A stretch of DNA of 41,194 nt from an uncultured bacterium (GCA_937911525.1 CALDQK010000390.1:1-41194); one strand, 5' to 3'; shown: positions 29,776-39,364, numbered from the stretch's first letter. The notes: a model not told the origin generated them from the letters alone. Program-made: numbers and translations.

Positions 29776-31653
29776 ATGAGCTTCCAGCGGATCCGTTCAA
29801 TAGAGATCGACGAGGGGTTCCTTGGCGGCTTCCAGCAGGAGCTGTCGGGCCACCTGAACTGCGTGATCGGCTCGCGCGGCTCGGGCAAGACCACCCTGCT
29901 CGAGTTCCTCCGCTACGCGCTGCAGGTGCCGGTCGAGGACTCGCGCAGCCTCGAGGGCCTGGTGAAGAAGAACCTCAAAGCGGGCAGGATCCGCGTCGAG
30001 GTCGAGACCCCCCTGGGGGTCTTTGTCGTTGAGCGCCAGGCCAAGTCCGCCCCCAAGGTCTTCGACGCCCAAGGCGCCCTGATCCACTCGCCCCCCGAGG
30101 GGCTGCTCAAGACCGGCGCATACGTCTACAGCCAGTCCGAGATCGAGGCCATGGCGAGCAAGCCCATGGATCGCCTGGCCCTGATCGACCGCTTCGCCCA
30201 CGACGACCTCGAGACCGTCAAGGCGACCTTGGAGCGCCTCGACAGCCAGCTCCAAGTCTCAGCAGCGCAGCTCCAGAGCCTGCATGGAGAGGTGGGGGAC
30301 GTGGAGGCGCTCCAGCACGACCTGGAGTCCGCCCGGATCAAGCGAAAGTCCTTCGAAGGAGGCCAGGTCGACACCAATGCGCAGCTTCAAGCCGCCACCG
30401 CTGCCGCTTCCGCCCGAGCTGAGGAGGAGCGCGTCGTCAAGAGCCTGGCGAAGGGGGCCAAGGCCACGGAGCTAGCCCTAGACGAGTCGCGAAGCCGAGC
30501 CCTTGAGGGTCTTCAGCCCCGCCCTGTGGGCGCGGCGTCTCCGAATCAGGACGTCTTGAAGCGGATCCAGGCTGCGCAAGAGCGTCTTCGACAAGCAATC
30601 GAGCGCCATATGGACGCCGCCCAGACAGAGGTGCGGGAGTTCCTCGAGGAGTGCCGCTCGGTTCGGCATGCGCTCTACGAGCGGCATCATGAGCAAGGCG
30701 CGGCCTTTTCGGAGTTGCTGAGGCAGCAGGAGGTCGCCAAGGCAGCCGCAGCGGCGATTCTGGAGGCCGACGCTGCCGTCGCGTCGCTTGAGGAGAAGGT
30801 TCGGGATCAGGAGGCACGCCTCGCTCAGCTCTCGCGACAGCGCCACGCGCGCCAAAGCCAGATCGCCCGACTCTCAGAGGCACGGGATCGCCGTCGCGCA
30901 ACACGCCGCAGGGTCGTTGAGTTCCTCAACGAGAACCTCGTGGGCGCTGGAATTCGTATCGAATTCCAAGGTCAGGGCGACACTCAAGCCTTTGAGCAGG
31001 CGCTCTCCAACTTCTATCGAGGGACAGGGGAGACGGGCCAGAAGCGCGTGATTGCGGGCGTCGTCGAGCACCTAAGCCCTAGCGAGTTCGCGCGCCTCGT
31101 CGCGGAGAATGCAGCGGAAGAGCTCGCGACACTGACCCACGTGGAGCGGGCGCATGCCGAGTGGCTGATTCGTCACCTTCGTGGCAAGCCGGAGCACTAC
31201 CAGATCGAGGTGCTCGACCTCCCTGACGTCCCCTCGATCCTGTTCAAGGACGGAGAGGAGTGGAAGTCTTCCCACGAACTCAGCACCGGGCAGAAGTTCT
31301 CGGCGATCCTCCCGATTCTCCTCCTGCAGAGTGACAAGCCTCTGATCTGTGACGAGCCTGAGAGCCACCTGGATCAAGACACCCTCATGGAGAAGATCGT
31401 TGACCCAATCAAGAAGCTCGCAGGCAAACGACAACTGATCTTCGCGACGCACAACGCGAACATTGTCGTCTTGGGAGACGCGGGGCAGACCCACGTCGTC
31501 GTCCTGGAGTCCACAGGGACCGCGGCCCGCGTGGTTCGCGCGGGGACCGTTGACGACGCCAAGGTCGAGATCGGAGCCCTACTGGAGGGCGGACCCGAGG
31601 CCTTCCGCGAGCGCGCACGCCGCTACGGAGGGAAGTATGAGTCCCGATCTTGA
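29776..31653 (+). CDS. SMC/Rad50-like ABC-family ATPase with long coiled coil (TrlF/Ppl-ATPase-like, no PHP domain)
   Basis: Walker A GSRGSGKT, Q-loop YSQSEIE, coiled coil, signature LSTGQK, Walker B LICDEPESHLD, H-loop ATHNANIVV, C-terminal LEGGPEAFRER. Confidence 0.9.
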   Translation: MSFQRIRSIEIDEGFLGGFQQELSGHLNCVIGSRGSGKTTLLEFLRYALQVPVEDSRSLEGLVKKNLKAGRIRVEVETPLGVFVVERQAKSAPKVFDAQGALIHSPPEGLLKTGAYVYSQSEIEAMASKPMDRLALIDRFAHDDLETVKATLERLDSQLQVSAAQLQSLHGEVGDVEALQHDLESARIKRKSFEGGQVDTNAQLQAATAAASARAEEERVVKSLAKGAKATELALDESRSRALEGLQPRPVGAASPNQDVLKRIQAAQERLRQAIERHMDAAQTEVREFLEECRSVRHALYERHHEQGAAFSELLRQQEVAKAAAAAILEADAAVASLEEKVRDQEARLAQLSRQRHARQSQIARLSEARDRRRATRRRVVEFLNENLVGAGIRIEFQGQGDTQAFEQALSNFYRGTGETGQKRVIAGVVEHLSPSEFARLVAENAAEELATLTHVERAHAEWLIRHLRGKPEHYQIEVLDLPDVPSILFKDGEEWKSSHELSTGQKFSAILPILLLQSDKPLICDEPESHLDQDTLMEKIVDPIKKLAGKRQLIFATHNANIVVLGDAGQTHVVVLESTGTAARVVRAGTVDDAKVEIGALLEGGPEAFRERARRYGGKYESRS

Positions 31654-32716
31654 GGCGCTCGCGAAGCGACTGGATCGGGGCAGTTGGACCGAGCGCGAGG
31701 AAGCGCTGCGCAAGGTTCGGCGCCTCGCCGAGAGCCTGCCGCCAACAGCCTTGGAGGAGCTGCTCGAACCGCGCTTGAGCGTCCTGGCTGCCGACTCCAA
31801 GTGGGAGGTCCGCCGAGGTTTGGCGCGCGTGCTGGGGCACTACCGCAGCGCGAGTGCGCGAAACGTGATCGAGCGGCTGTGGGGCGACGACAACGCTCAG
31901 GTCTCCAAGACGGCCCAAGAAACGCGGAAGCGCTGGACGGCCGACGATCGCGAACTCGAGCGAAGGAGGGCGCTGGAAGAGACGCTCCCTGAGCGTCTTC
32001 GCGAGCTGCGCGACCGAGACCCCGAAACGGCCCAGGCCGCAGAAGAGCTGGCGTTCCGGCAGTCAGCGCTTTCGATCGGCGCTCTGGCTCACGACCTCGC
32101 GACCACCACCTTCAACCTCGTCAACCTCAGACGTCGCGCCGAAAGCCTGCTCGCCGACACCGACCCCGGCGAGCGAGAGCCGTTCCTCTCTGGCCTGGAT
32201 CGGCAGATCGACCTCCTGAACGCGCTCGTGCAGGACTCGCGCTCCTACGCGGTGAGCGCCAACACCCCCTCGACTCAGACACCGCTCCGCCAGGCCGTAG
32301 AGAACGCGGTCGCGCGAAACCAGGCTCGACTGGAGGGAGTCACCGTGCGACTCAAGATCGGCGACGAGCTCGCCGCCTTCGTGCCTCGCGAGCCCTTCGA
32401 GCGAGCACTCGGGAATTTGCTCCGAAACGCGGGTGAGGCCTTCGAAGAGGGGCCGGGGAGCGTGATCGTTCGGGCATTCGAGGAGGACGAGTGGGTTGTG
32501 CTCGAAGTAGAGGACGACGGCATGGGTATGGAAGACCCGATTCGTTGCCTCCAGCCCTACGCCTCGACCAAGAAACGAGGAGGCGAGATTCACAGCGGCC
32601 TCGGGTTGCCAATCGTGCGCAGGATTGTGGAGACCGCTGGGGGAAGCCTGAGCATTCACTCAACGCTGGGAGCGGGCACGCGGGTTAGGCTGCAGCTCCC
32701 AAGGTGGAGCGCGTGA
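31637..32716 (+). CDS. Soluble sensor histidine kinase with N-terminal HEAT repeats
   Basis: ATG 31637 overlaps the ATPase end. HEAT-like DSKWEVRRGLARVLG and DDNAQVSKTA; H-box LAHDL, N-box GNLLRNA, G1 EDDGMGM, F-box PYASTK, G2 GLGLPIV. No TM segment. Confidence 0.9.
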   Translation: MSPDLEALAKRLDRGSWTEREEALRKVRRLAESLPPTALEELLEPRLSVLAADSKWEVRRGLARVLGHYRSASARNVIERLWGDDNAQVSKTAQETRKRWTADDRELERRRALEETLPERLRELRDRDPETAQAAEELAFRQSALSIGALAHDLATTTFNLVNLRRRAESLLADTDPGEREPFLSGLDRQIDLLNALVQDSRSYAVSANTPSTQTPLRQAVENAVARNQARLEGVTVRLKIGDELAAFVPREPFERALGNLLRNAGEAFEEGPGSVIVRAFEEDEWVVLEVEDDGMGMEDPIRCLQPYASTKKRGGEIHSGLGLPIVRRIVETAGGSLSIHSTLGAGTRVRLQLPRWSA

Positions 32717-33564
32717 TCCTCGTTGTCGAAGACCAAGAATCCATGCGTGGGATCCTCGCCGACCTCTTCCGTGGCGAGGGCTACGAGGTCGAGGTCGCCT
32801 CGGCGCGCAAGAGTGCAGAGAGCCTCCTGGCGCAGGGGGGCTTTCGACTCGCGATTCTGGACTACGAGATCCCCCTCGAGGATCGCCCGACCTCCTTCGC
32901 CTCCACTGCACAGGGCAAGGCCGTCATGGAGGCGGCAGAACGAGCGAAGGTTCCCTTCGTCGTTCTCACCGGCGTCGCCTACGACTGGCAGCAGGCCTTC
33001 GCCGCCCGCGCGGCTCTCGACTACTTGGACAAGTCCGACGCTCGCACCTTCGATCGGCTCCTCGAGATCGCGGCTCAGGTCTTCGCCAACCGCAGCGGAG
33101 GGCTCCCGCTTGAAGTGGAGCGCTACCAGGACGGCAACGTCATGCGGCTCCACAAGGATCGGCTCGTGCGGGTCTGGGTGACAGGCCAGCAGAGGCGCTA
33201 TGAGGTGGTCGTCACAGAGGGAATCGAGCGCTCGCTCTACCACTTCGCGGAGGCGCAGGGCGAGGACATGCCCTGCACGTTCCCACACGTCCCCAATCCA
33301 GATTCGCGCCGCAGCGCAGCGCGTGACCTCCGGGCATGGCTTCGAGAACACTTCGAGCCTTCGACTCCGACCGATCCCAAGGCGCCAGTGATCTCGAACA
33401 ACAGGGGTGGCTACTACTGCGAGGTCACCGTTCTCAACGAGCCCGACCCCTTCGAGTACGAAGAGCGACGGCGAGGCATGCGCGAGGCGGGAACCGAGAT
33501 CAGTCCCGAGGCCAAAAGCGACGACGGGGAGTCAGACGGCTACCAGCGTCGCCGCCCACGTTAG
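32704..33564 (+). CDS. Response regulator: receiver domain plus uncharacterised C-terminal (possibly winged-helix) output domain
   Basis: ILVVEDQ, phosphoacceptor AILD, VVLTG, DYLDK. C-terminal AARDLRAWLR...ISNNRGGYY is reminiscent of an OmpR-type wing. Start GTG 32704 or 32713. Confidence 0.85.
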   Translation: MERVILVVEDQESMRGILADLFRGEGYEVEVASARKSAESLLAQGGFRLAILDYEIPLEDRPTSFASTAQGKAVMEAAERAKVPFVVLTGVAYDWQQAFAARAALDYLDKSDARTFDRLLEIAAQVFANRSGGLPLEVERYQDGNVMRLHKDRLVRVWVTGQQRRYEVVVTEGIERSLYHFAEAQGEDMPCTFPHVPNPDSRRSAARDLRAWLREHFEPSTPTDPKAPVISNNRGGYYCEVTVLNEPDPFEYEERRRGMREAGTEISPEAKSDDGESDGYQRRRPR

Positions 33565-33900
33565 CGTCGCCACCTCCGCCCGACTCCTCCCCCGCTCGGT
33601 CGGGGCGTGTGGCACACGCTCGCCCACGAATCTTGACGTAACTCCCCTGTTTTCGTTCCGCGGCCGAATCCGTGGGCGAGAAGGGCACTTCGTGTGCCCA
33701 CGCTCGCACACGCTTTGACGCCGGTCAGACGGCGGCTAAGGACTTAGAGAGACTCCGAGGAAATCTCGGAGCGAGATCCAGCCGAAACGGGCCGAATCCG
33801 TGGGCGGGCCCCGCCCACGCCCCCCACGCGCCCACACTTTCTCCGACTGGCAAAGACTTACAGCGACACGACCAGGGAGCGTGTGCCGATCGTGGGCCAC
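33553..33900. promoter_or_regulatory. Intergenic control region with multiple CGCCCACG/CGTGGGCG motifs and IHF-like sites
   Basis: Exact motif at 33553, 33621 and 33812 (forward) and 33671 and 33799 (reverse); near matches at 33695, 33829 and 33891. 17-bp direct repeat GGCCGAATCCGTGGGCG at 33662 and 33790. TAAGGACTTA near 33737 and CAAAGACTTA at 33851 resemble the CAANNNNTTR IHF core. Confidence 0.55.
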
Positions 33901-33980
33901 ACGATCTTGCAAACACTGTGTTCCCAGAGCGTTAGGGAGTTTTCGAGCAAAACCACGGCAGTCCTTAGAGGAGGTGCGAA

Positions 33981-34157
33981 ATGCACATTACCCAAGGGCA
34001 CGAAACGCTCGAAGAACTGCTGACCCGAATCCACGACCCCGCTGCGGACACCTGCAGCACGCCGCCGCCGTGGGTGACCCAAGACCCGGAGTGGTCTGTC
34101 GCCCTCAGGCGCCTCTCTCCCTTGCTCGAGACGCAGAGCCAGGGGGTGGGGCAATGA
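33981..34157 (+). CDS. Small hypothetical protein (58 aa; not in the ORF track)
   Basis: Strong RBS GAGGAGGT before ATG 33981; MHITQGHETLEELLTRIHDP...; stop overlaps the next start (ATGA). Confidence 0.65.
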   Translation: MHITQGHETLEELLTRIHDPAADTCSTPPPWVTQDPEWSVALRRLSPLLETQSQGVGQ

Positions 34158-34381
34158 CCCGCGCTGGCAAGCGCCTCAGCCAGATTGAGGCACTCAGAGA
34201 GGAGATCTGTCGGCTTCGCCTGCAGCTCGAGTCCGACACCTATCAGTTCGAGGCCCTCGCGGCCTGGGCCTTGGAGGCGGGCGCCGACCCCGACGACGTC
34301 GTCGGGGACCTGCACGAAGCCGCCGAGCGTGCGGTGTGGTCCATGTCGCTCGAGTTCGGGTTCGAGCGAGGTGCGGCATGA
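34154..34381 (+). CDS. Small hypothetical protein (75 aa)
   Basis: MTRAGKRLSQIEALREEICRLRLQLE..., with ATGA overlaps at both ends. Confidence 0.7.
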   Translation: MTRAGKRLSQIEALREEICRLRLQLESDTYQFEALAAWALEAGADPDDVVGDLHEAAERAVWSMSLEFGFERGAA

Positions 34382-34968
34382 GGCGCACCGTGTTCTCGAT
34401 CCCTCCCGAGCAGCGGGAGCGGATTCGTCAGGGGATCTTGGAGCTGGAGCGCGAGGGCGAACGCGCCTCGGTCCGCTTGATTCGTGAACGCGTTGGTGGC
34501 TCCACCGACGTGATCGCGTTCTTGGTGCGGGCCGTTGCGGCAGGCTTCATTTCGCCCGAAGAGCCGTGGGACGGGCGGGTGGCTCCCCTCGACCTGAGGG
34601 AGGCGATCCGGGCAGCTACCACCCACGACGACCACGTTCGGATCCACCAAGAGGTGGCCGCCCGAGTGGCGTGCGGGGACATGAAGCCCCAGATCGCAAA
34701 GTCGATCCAGGACAGCATGACGGCGGCGCGGCTCAGCGCGAAGGCGGCCCTGGAAGCGAGCCCGCCGGTTCACGGCGAGGACTCGGTTCAACTCGTCGAC
34801 CGGGCGACCTTCTTGATCTCTCGCGTCGTGAACCGGATCGCCTCGCCCTCGATCCTCGAAGAGGTCCAGGCCTTCGTCTACGACGCCGGACGCCGCGACC
34901 TCGACGAGTTCCCGAACCCCACGATCGACGAGGTCAGCCACCTCCGAGGGGAGGGGCTGCCCTCGTGA
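34378..34968 (+). CDS. Putative DNA-binding protein (KfrA-N-like HTH); positional candidate for terminase small subunit
   Basis: N-terminal ILELEREGERASVRLIRERVGGSTDVIAFLVR resembles the KfrA_N HTH. Coupled by ATGA/GTGA overlaps upstream of HNH-terL. Confidence 0.6.
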   Translation: MRRTVFSIPPEQRERIRQGILELEREGERASVRLIRERVGGSTDVIAFLVRAVAAGFISPEEPWDGRVAPLDLREAIRAATTHDDHVRIHQEVAARVACGDMKPQIAKSIQDSMTAARLSAKAALEASPPVHGEDSVQLVDRATFLISRVVNRIASPSILEEVQAFVYDAGRRDLDEFPNPTIDEVSHLRGEGLPS

Positions 34969-35390
34969 ACTCCCCCACCACGTGGGGGCGGGGAGTGCGA
35001 GCGCGGCTCGCACTCCCCGAGGTTCCCCCAATGATCCGCTCGCTCCTCACGGAGCGTGACGGGACCGAGAGCTGCGCAGCCTGCTTGCGGATAGGCCTCA
35101 CGCCGCCTGCCAGCGAGCCGCTCGAGGTCGACCACAAGCAGCCGATCTCGCTGGGTGGCGACAACCACTGGACCAACCTCCAGATCCTCTGCCGCTACCA
35201 CAACCGCAGCCGAGGCAACCGGCCCGTCGACCCGCGTCGGCTTCCGACTTGGTTGGCGCAGTTGGCCCGAGAGCGACGACTCAAGGCACACGTCGCCTGG
35301 TGTGAAGCCTGTGGTCACGTCTGGAGCCCAGTCAGCAAGTGGCTCGCCTCTCAGGTTGAGGTGCTGCTAGCGAACGAGTCGGCGTCATGA
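34965..35390 (+). CDS. HNH endonuclease (phage packaging-associated type)
   Basis: CAAC...LEVDHKQPISLGGDNHWTNLQILCRYHNRSRG. GTG 34965 overlaps the previous stop; its own stop overlaps the terL ATG. Confidence 0.9.
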   Translation: MNSPTTWGRGVRARLALPEVPPMIRSLLTERDGTESCAACLRIGLTPPASEPLEVDHKQPISLGGDNHWTNLQILCRYHNRSRGNRPVDPRRLPTWLAQLARERRLKAHVAWCEACGHVWSPVSKWLASQVEVLLANESAS

Positions 35391-36787
35391 GCGGCTCGCT
35401 CGACGATCTCGAAGACCTCGGCTACCTCCAGGGTGAGCCGCGGCACCGCCAAGGAACCTGCGCGCAGCGCTCGCTGGGGTTTGAGCCCTGGTGGGGCCAG
35501 CGCCTCGTGCGACGCTCCGACGCTCCGTGCCGAGTCCTCGTCGCGGCGCGACAGGTGGGCAAGAGCTACCTCGCTGCACACCTGGTGATCGAGGTGGCGC
35601 TGGGACAGCCGGGGTCCTACTCGGTCCTCCTGACGCCGACCTACCTCCACGCTCGCCCCGCGATCGACACCCTGCGGCGGATCTGCCTCCACCTCCCCGA
35701 CTGCGAGTGGCGAGAGCAGCAGAAGCGACTGGTGTTCGGGAACGGCTCGATCCTCCAGGTCTTCTCGGCAGACCGGCCCCATGCGGTTCGCGGTCCCGCC
35801 CTCTCCGGCATTCTCTGGGTCGACGAGGCGGCCTTCCTGCGGCCAGCCGCCTGGGAAGCAGCCCTGGGTGCGCTGAGCTCCTCGCAGAACCCGCGCAAGC
35901 TCCTGACCACCTCACCGCTGGGCAAGAACTGGGTCTTCAAGGAGTTCGTCACCGGCAACGCAGGCAACGAGCCCTTCCGCTTTCGCTCGGCGGACAGTCC
36001 CTACGTCAACCAGGAGGAGGTCGCTCGCAACCGCGCCAAAATGACGCCAGAGCGAGCCGCGCAGGAGTTCGACGCCGAGTTCGTCGATTCGCTCTTGCTC
36101 GTGTTCCCTGACCTCTCGCGGCTCTTCGTGAAGACCGTGGGGACGCACCCAGAGACCCCCAAGCGAGCGCTTGGGGTCGACCTCGGCAAGGACCAGGACT
36201 GGACCGTCGTCGTCTTGATCAATGAGTTCGGCGAGGCCGAGGTCCTGGGGCGCTGGCGCCACGTCAATTGGCCCGAGACCGAATCGCGGATCCTCGACCT
36301 GATCGAGACTCACCAGGTCTCGATCACCTGCGTCGATAAGGCCTACGTCGGCGGCTACCTGATCGACCGCCTCAAGGCCTTGGGCAAGAGCGTGCTCGAG
36401 CTGGCCACCAGCTCGCGCCAGCTCAAGGCACGTGTCATTGAGACCCTTCGTGCCGACGTCCAGCACCAACGTGTCCACGTCCTCGAGAACGAGCACTCGG
36501 ATCAGCTCCACTATGAGCTGAGCCGCTTCCAGGCCACGCAGCACGCTGTCCACGGACGACTAGAGACGCGCTACGAGTCTCCTGAGGTCCGCGGCGAGCA
36601 CGACGACTGCGTGATCGCGCTGGCGCTGGCGAACTGGGTCCGCCACCACGGCTTGGTCGGGCCCAAGCCCGTCCGGGCCGATATCCGTCGCTACGTCGCG
36701 TCCGCCAAGCGGATCTTCGGCAACGACCACTGGCCGAAGACGCCAGGTCCCGACGGCGGCTACTACGGGCCGGGGTTCCTCCTATGA
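35387..36787 (+). CDS. terL: Phage terminase large subunit (Terminase_6-like)
   Basis: Walker A AARQVGKS, Walker B LWVDEAAF, coupling motif TTSP, nuclease LGVDLG...D and HDDCVIALALA. Confidence 0.92.
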   Translation: MSGSLDDLEDLGYLQGEPRHRQGTCAQRSLGFEPWWGQRLVRRSDAPCRVLVAARQVGKSYLAAHLVIEVALGQPGSYSVLLTPTYLHARPAIDTLRRICLHLPDCEWREQQKRLVFGNGSILQVFSADRPHAVRGPALSGILWVDEAAFLRPAAWEAALGALSSSQNPRKLLTTSPLGKNWVFKEFVTGNAGNEPFRFRSADSPYVNQEEVARNRAKMTPERAAQEFDAEFVDSLLLVFPDLSRLFVKTVGTHPETPKRALGVDLGKDQDWTVVVLINEFGEAEVLGRWRHVNWPETESRILDLIETHQVSITCVDKAYVGGYLIDRLKALGKSVLELATSSRQLKARVIETLRADVQHQRVHVLENEHSDQLHYELSRFQATQHAVHGRLETRYESPEVRGEHDDCVIALALANWVRHHGLVGPKPVRADIRRYVASAKRIFGNDHWPKTPGPDGGYYGPGFLL

Positions 36788-38133
36788 GCGACCCCGCGAG
36801 AGACGCGCGGCCCTTCGGCCGCGCCCCAAGCAGCGGCGGCGACTCGCTCAACGTCCGAGCCTCGGCGGCCTTCGAGCACTTCGTCGGGCAGCAGCTCCGC
36901 CACCCCAATCCCGCCCGCGTTCCCCTGTCCTACCTCCGCGCCATGGACGACCACGCCATGGTCTACCTCGCGGAGCGCACGGTGACCGGCGTCGTTCGGC
37001 GCCCCGACCTCTACTACGTCGCCCACACCGATCCGCGGATCGTGAAGGAGACCGAGGAGTGGCTCTGGCCACTGCTCCCGAGCCTCCTGGGCTCGATCGC
37101 GCGGGCCTACGCCTTCGGCGCGATCCCCGTGGTCTGCAATTGGACCTGCGAGGACCTCGCCCACGACGAGCTGCGCTGGCCGGATCACGTTCACTACAGC
37201 TCGGCCCACGAACTGTGGCCCGAGGACGTTGACGTCGAGACCCGAAACGACGCGTTGATCGCGCTGCGCCACGAGGGCAAGCGCTACCTCGCCGAGCGGG
37301 CCCACGTCTTCGTCTGGGACTTCGCCTTTGGCTCCTGGCGAGGCCGTGCCGCCCGGCGTCGGGCCTGGTGCGACTACTGCCGGAGCCTTTCCACGGAGCT
37401 GCTCCAGCTCCGCTACCTCGAGCGGAGCGTGGACTCGCCTCGCGTCGGCTACGCGCCTGCTGGCTTCGTTGCGACGGGCGGGACCGAGGTCGACGCGATC
37501 GACCACATGAACCAGCTCTTGGGCACCCTCCAAGGCTCGGGAGCAGTCACCTTCCCGTCTGAGCGCGACGAGAAGGGGAACCTCGTCTACGACGTTCGCC
37601 TCCTCGACGGGCCCGACCGCCAGACCGTCTGGGAGCGCTCGCTGAGCCGCTACGACGCGGGGATCCTCCGCGCCTACCTCGTCCCACCACGACTTGCGGG
37701 CCTGGAGGAGATCGCCGCCACGGGGGCCCGAACCCTCGACGGCATGCTCAAGGAGTTCATACAGGACCTGGCGCAGTTCGCAGGCGATCAGCTCACCCAG
37801 CTCGTCGCCAAGGTCCACCGCCACAACCATCCCGAAACCCGCGTCCCGCCGCCCGAGGTCAAGGCCTACGAGGTCCCCGCGTCGGTTCGCAAGCTCTACC
37901 TGGAAGTCCTGCGGCTCGTATCCGCAGCCAAGCGAGAGGAGTCCCCAGCCGACTGGGTCGACGTTCCCTCCCTCCTCGATCAACTCGGTGTCCCCCTCCG
38001 TCGAGAGCCGCTCCGCGGCTCCAGCTCCGCCCCGACAGGGCGACCTCCCGACCTGACAGGCGGGAGGCAAGCGCGCCGCGAAGCGGCGCGGAGTGAGGAC
38101 CCGAGCCCCGATCTAGAAGGAGGTGAGTCGTGA
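36784..38133 (+). CDS. Probable phage portal protein (Mu gp29/DUF935-like)
   Basis: 449 aa immediately after terL; AYAFGAIPV...W, YLERSVDSPRVGYAP and RYDAGILRAYL recall DUF935-type portals. Mostly a positional call. Confidence 0.75.
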   Translation: MSDPARDARPFGRAPSSGGDSLNVRASAAFEHFVGQQLRHPNPARVPLSYLRAMDDHAMVYLAERTVTGVVRRPDLYYVAHTDPRIVKETEEWLWPLLPSLLGSIARAYAFGAIPVVCNWTCEDLAHDELRWPDHVHYSSAHELWPEDVDVETRNDALIALRHEGKRYLAERAHVFVWDFAFGSWRGRAARRRAWCDYCRSLSTELLQLRYLERSVDSPRVGYAPAGFVATGGTEVDAIDHMNQLLGTLQGSGAVTFPSERDEKGNLVYDVRLLDGPDRQTVWERSLSRYDAGILRAYLVPPRLAGLEEIAATGARTLDGMLKEFIQDLAQFAGDQLTQLVAKVHRHNHPETRVPPPEVKAYEVPASVRKLYLEVLRLVSAAKREESPADWVDVPSLLDQLGVPLRREPLRGSSSAPTGRPPDLTGGRQARREAARSEDPSPDLEGGES

Positions 38134-39323
38134 GTCGACTTATCAGTGTGTTGGTGTTGGTGGTGTGTTTTGGCGGGTTCGCCTGGGGGGCGGACTTGCC
38201 GCCGGTGGACCGAAAGCCCCCTGGGGCGGAAGGGAGTGGGGTCACTGAGGCGGTGACCAAGGAAGAGGAGGGCTTGGACGACTTCTCGTTCGACGCCTTC
38301 CGGGATCTGGTGCTCGGGCGGACGACGGTCCGCGGAGCGCTCAGCGCGGGGTATTCCTACAACCTCGCGGATCCGGAGCAGCACCGAGGCGGGAACGCGC
38401 TTCGGCTGAGCGACCCGGATCACAACAGCTTCGCCCTGACCCACGCGGTCTTGGGGTTGGAGCGTCGGGTCGATCCGAACAGCGACGTGGACGTGGGCTA
38501 TGGCCTCGATCTCACGGTCGGTCGGGTCGTGGACGAGGCCTACGACGACGGCCTCCTCCAGTCGCGAGGGATCGCGGTCGGGCAAGCCTACGTGGACCTC
38601 AAGACGCCGCTCTTCGGCGGAATGAAGTTCCGAGCAGGTAAGGAATACGGATGGTTCGGGCTCGACTCGGTCGACCTGAGCCGCAACTTCCACCAGTCGC
38701 TCAGCTACGCAGCGCTCTCGGCGCCGCGAACCCTCGTGGGGGTCTCGGCCGAGATCGAGCTCCTGGACGGGGTGACCTACGCCCAATACCTGGTCAACGG
38801 GTCTGACCTCGCGATCGACGACAACGACGCCAAGTCGCTGGCGGGCCGCCTGCGCCTGGCCTCGGATCGAGGGTCGCTCACGCTGAGCTACATGCTTGGC
38901 GCCGATCGTTTCGACAGCGAAGGCGAGCTGAGTTGGATCGCGGAAGCCGTCGCGACCTACCAGCTGACGGACACCCTGTCTGTCGGCGGCTTGGTCCGCG
39001 TCGGCCAGGAGGAGGTCAACGGGTCGGTCCGTGAGTTCGGCCTCCTCGAGGCCCAGGCTCGGGTCTCGCTCTTCGACGGCCTGCTCCACCTCGGGGCACG
39101 GGCCAGCGTCCTCCACGACGAGGACGGAATGATCACGGGACGCGACCAGTCGCTCTTCGAGATCACGGCGACGGCTGAGCTGCGCTTGGCTGAGCAGTTT
39201 GGCGTCGGCGCGGAGTTCCGTCACGACGAGTCGTCCGAGGACGACGCTTTCGGCGGGAGTCGAGGTGCTGCCACGCGCAGCAGCCAAGACACCCTCTCGT
39301 TCTTCGTTCGCGTCCGCTTCTAA
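38130..39323 (+). CDS. Outer-membrane beta-barrel protein (putative porin, BBP2/DUF1597-like)
   Basis: Signal peptide (MSRLISVLVLVVCFGGFAWG), GYSYN...NALRLSD..HNSF, QAYV...RAGK, AEFRHD, alternating beta-strand pattern and terminal FFVRVRF with C-terminal Phe (BAM signal). Confidence 0.85.
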   Translation: MSRLISVLVLVVCFGGFAWGADLPPVDRKPPGAEGSGVTEAVTKEEEGLDDFSFDAFRDLVLGRTTVRGALSAGYSYNLADPEQHRGGNALRLSDPDHNSFALTHAVLGLERRVDPNSDVDVGYGLDLTVGRVVDEAYDDGLLQSRGIAVGQAYVDLKTPLFGGMKFRAGKEYGWFGLDSVDLSRNFHQSLSYAALSAPRTLVGVSAEIELLDGVTYAQYLVNGSDLAIDDNDAKSLAGRLRLASDRGSLTLSYMLGADRFDSEGELSWIAEAVATYQLTDTLSVGGLVRVGQEEVNGSVREFGLLEAQARVSLFDGLLHLGARASVLHDEDGMITGRDQSLFEITATAELRLAEQFGVGAEFRHDESSEDDAFGGSRGAATRSSQDTLSFFVRVRF

Positions 39324-39338
39324 CCCTCTCTTCCGCAA

Positions 39339-39364
39339 GGGGCGGGGCCGTCAGGCCCCGCCCC
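39339..39364. other. Intercistronic 11-bp GC hairpin
   Basis: GGGGCGGGGCC-GTCA-GGCCCCGCCCC between the porin stop and the GGAGG RBS of the protease gene; no U-tract. Confidence 0.6.
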
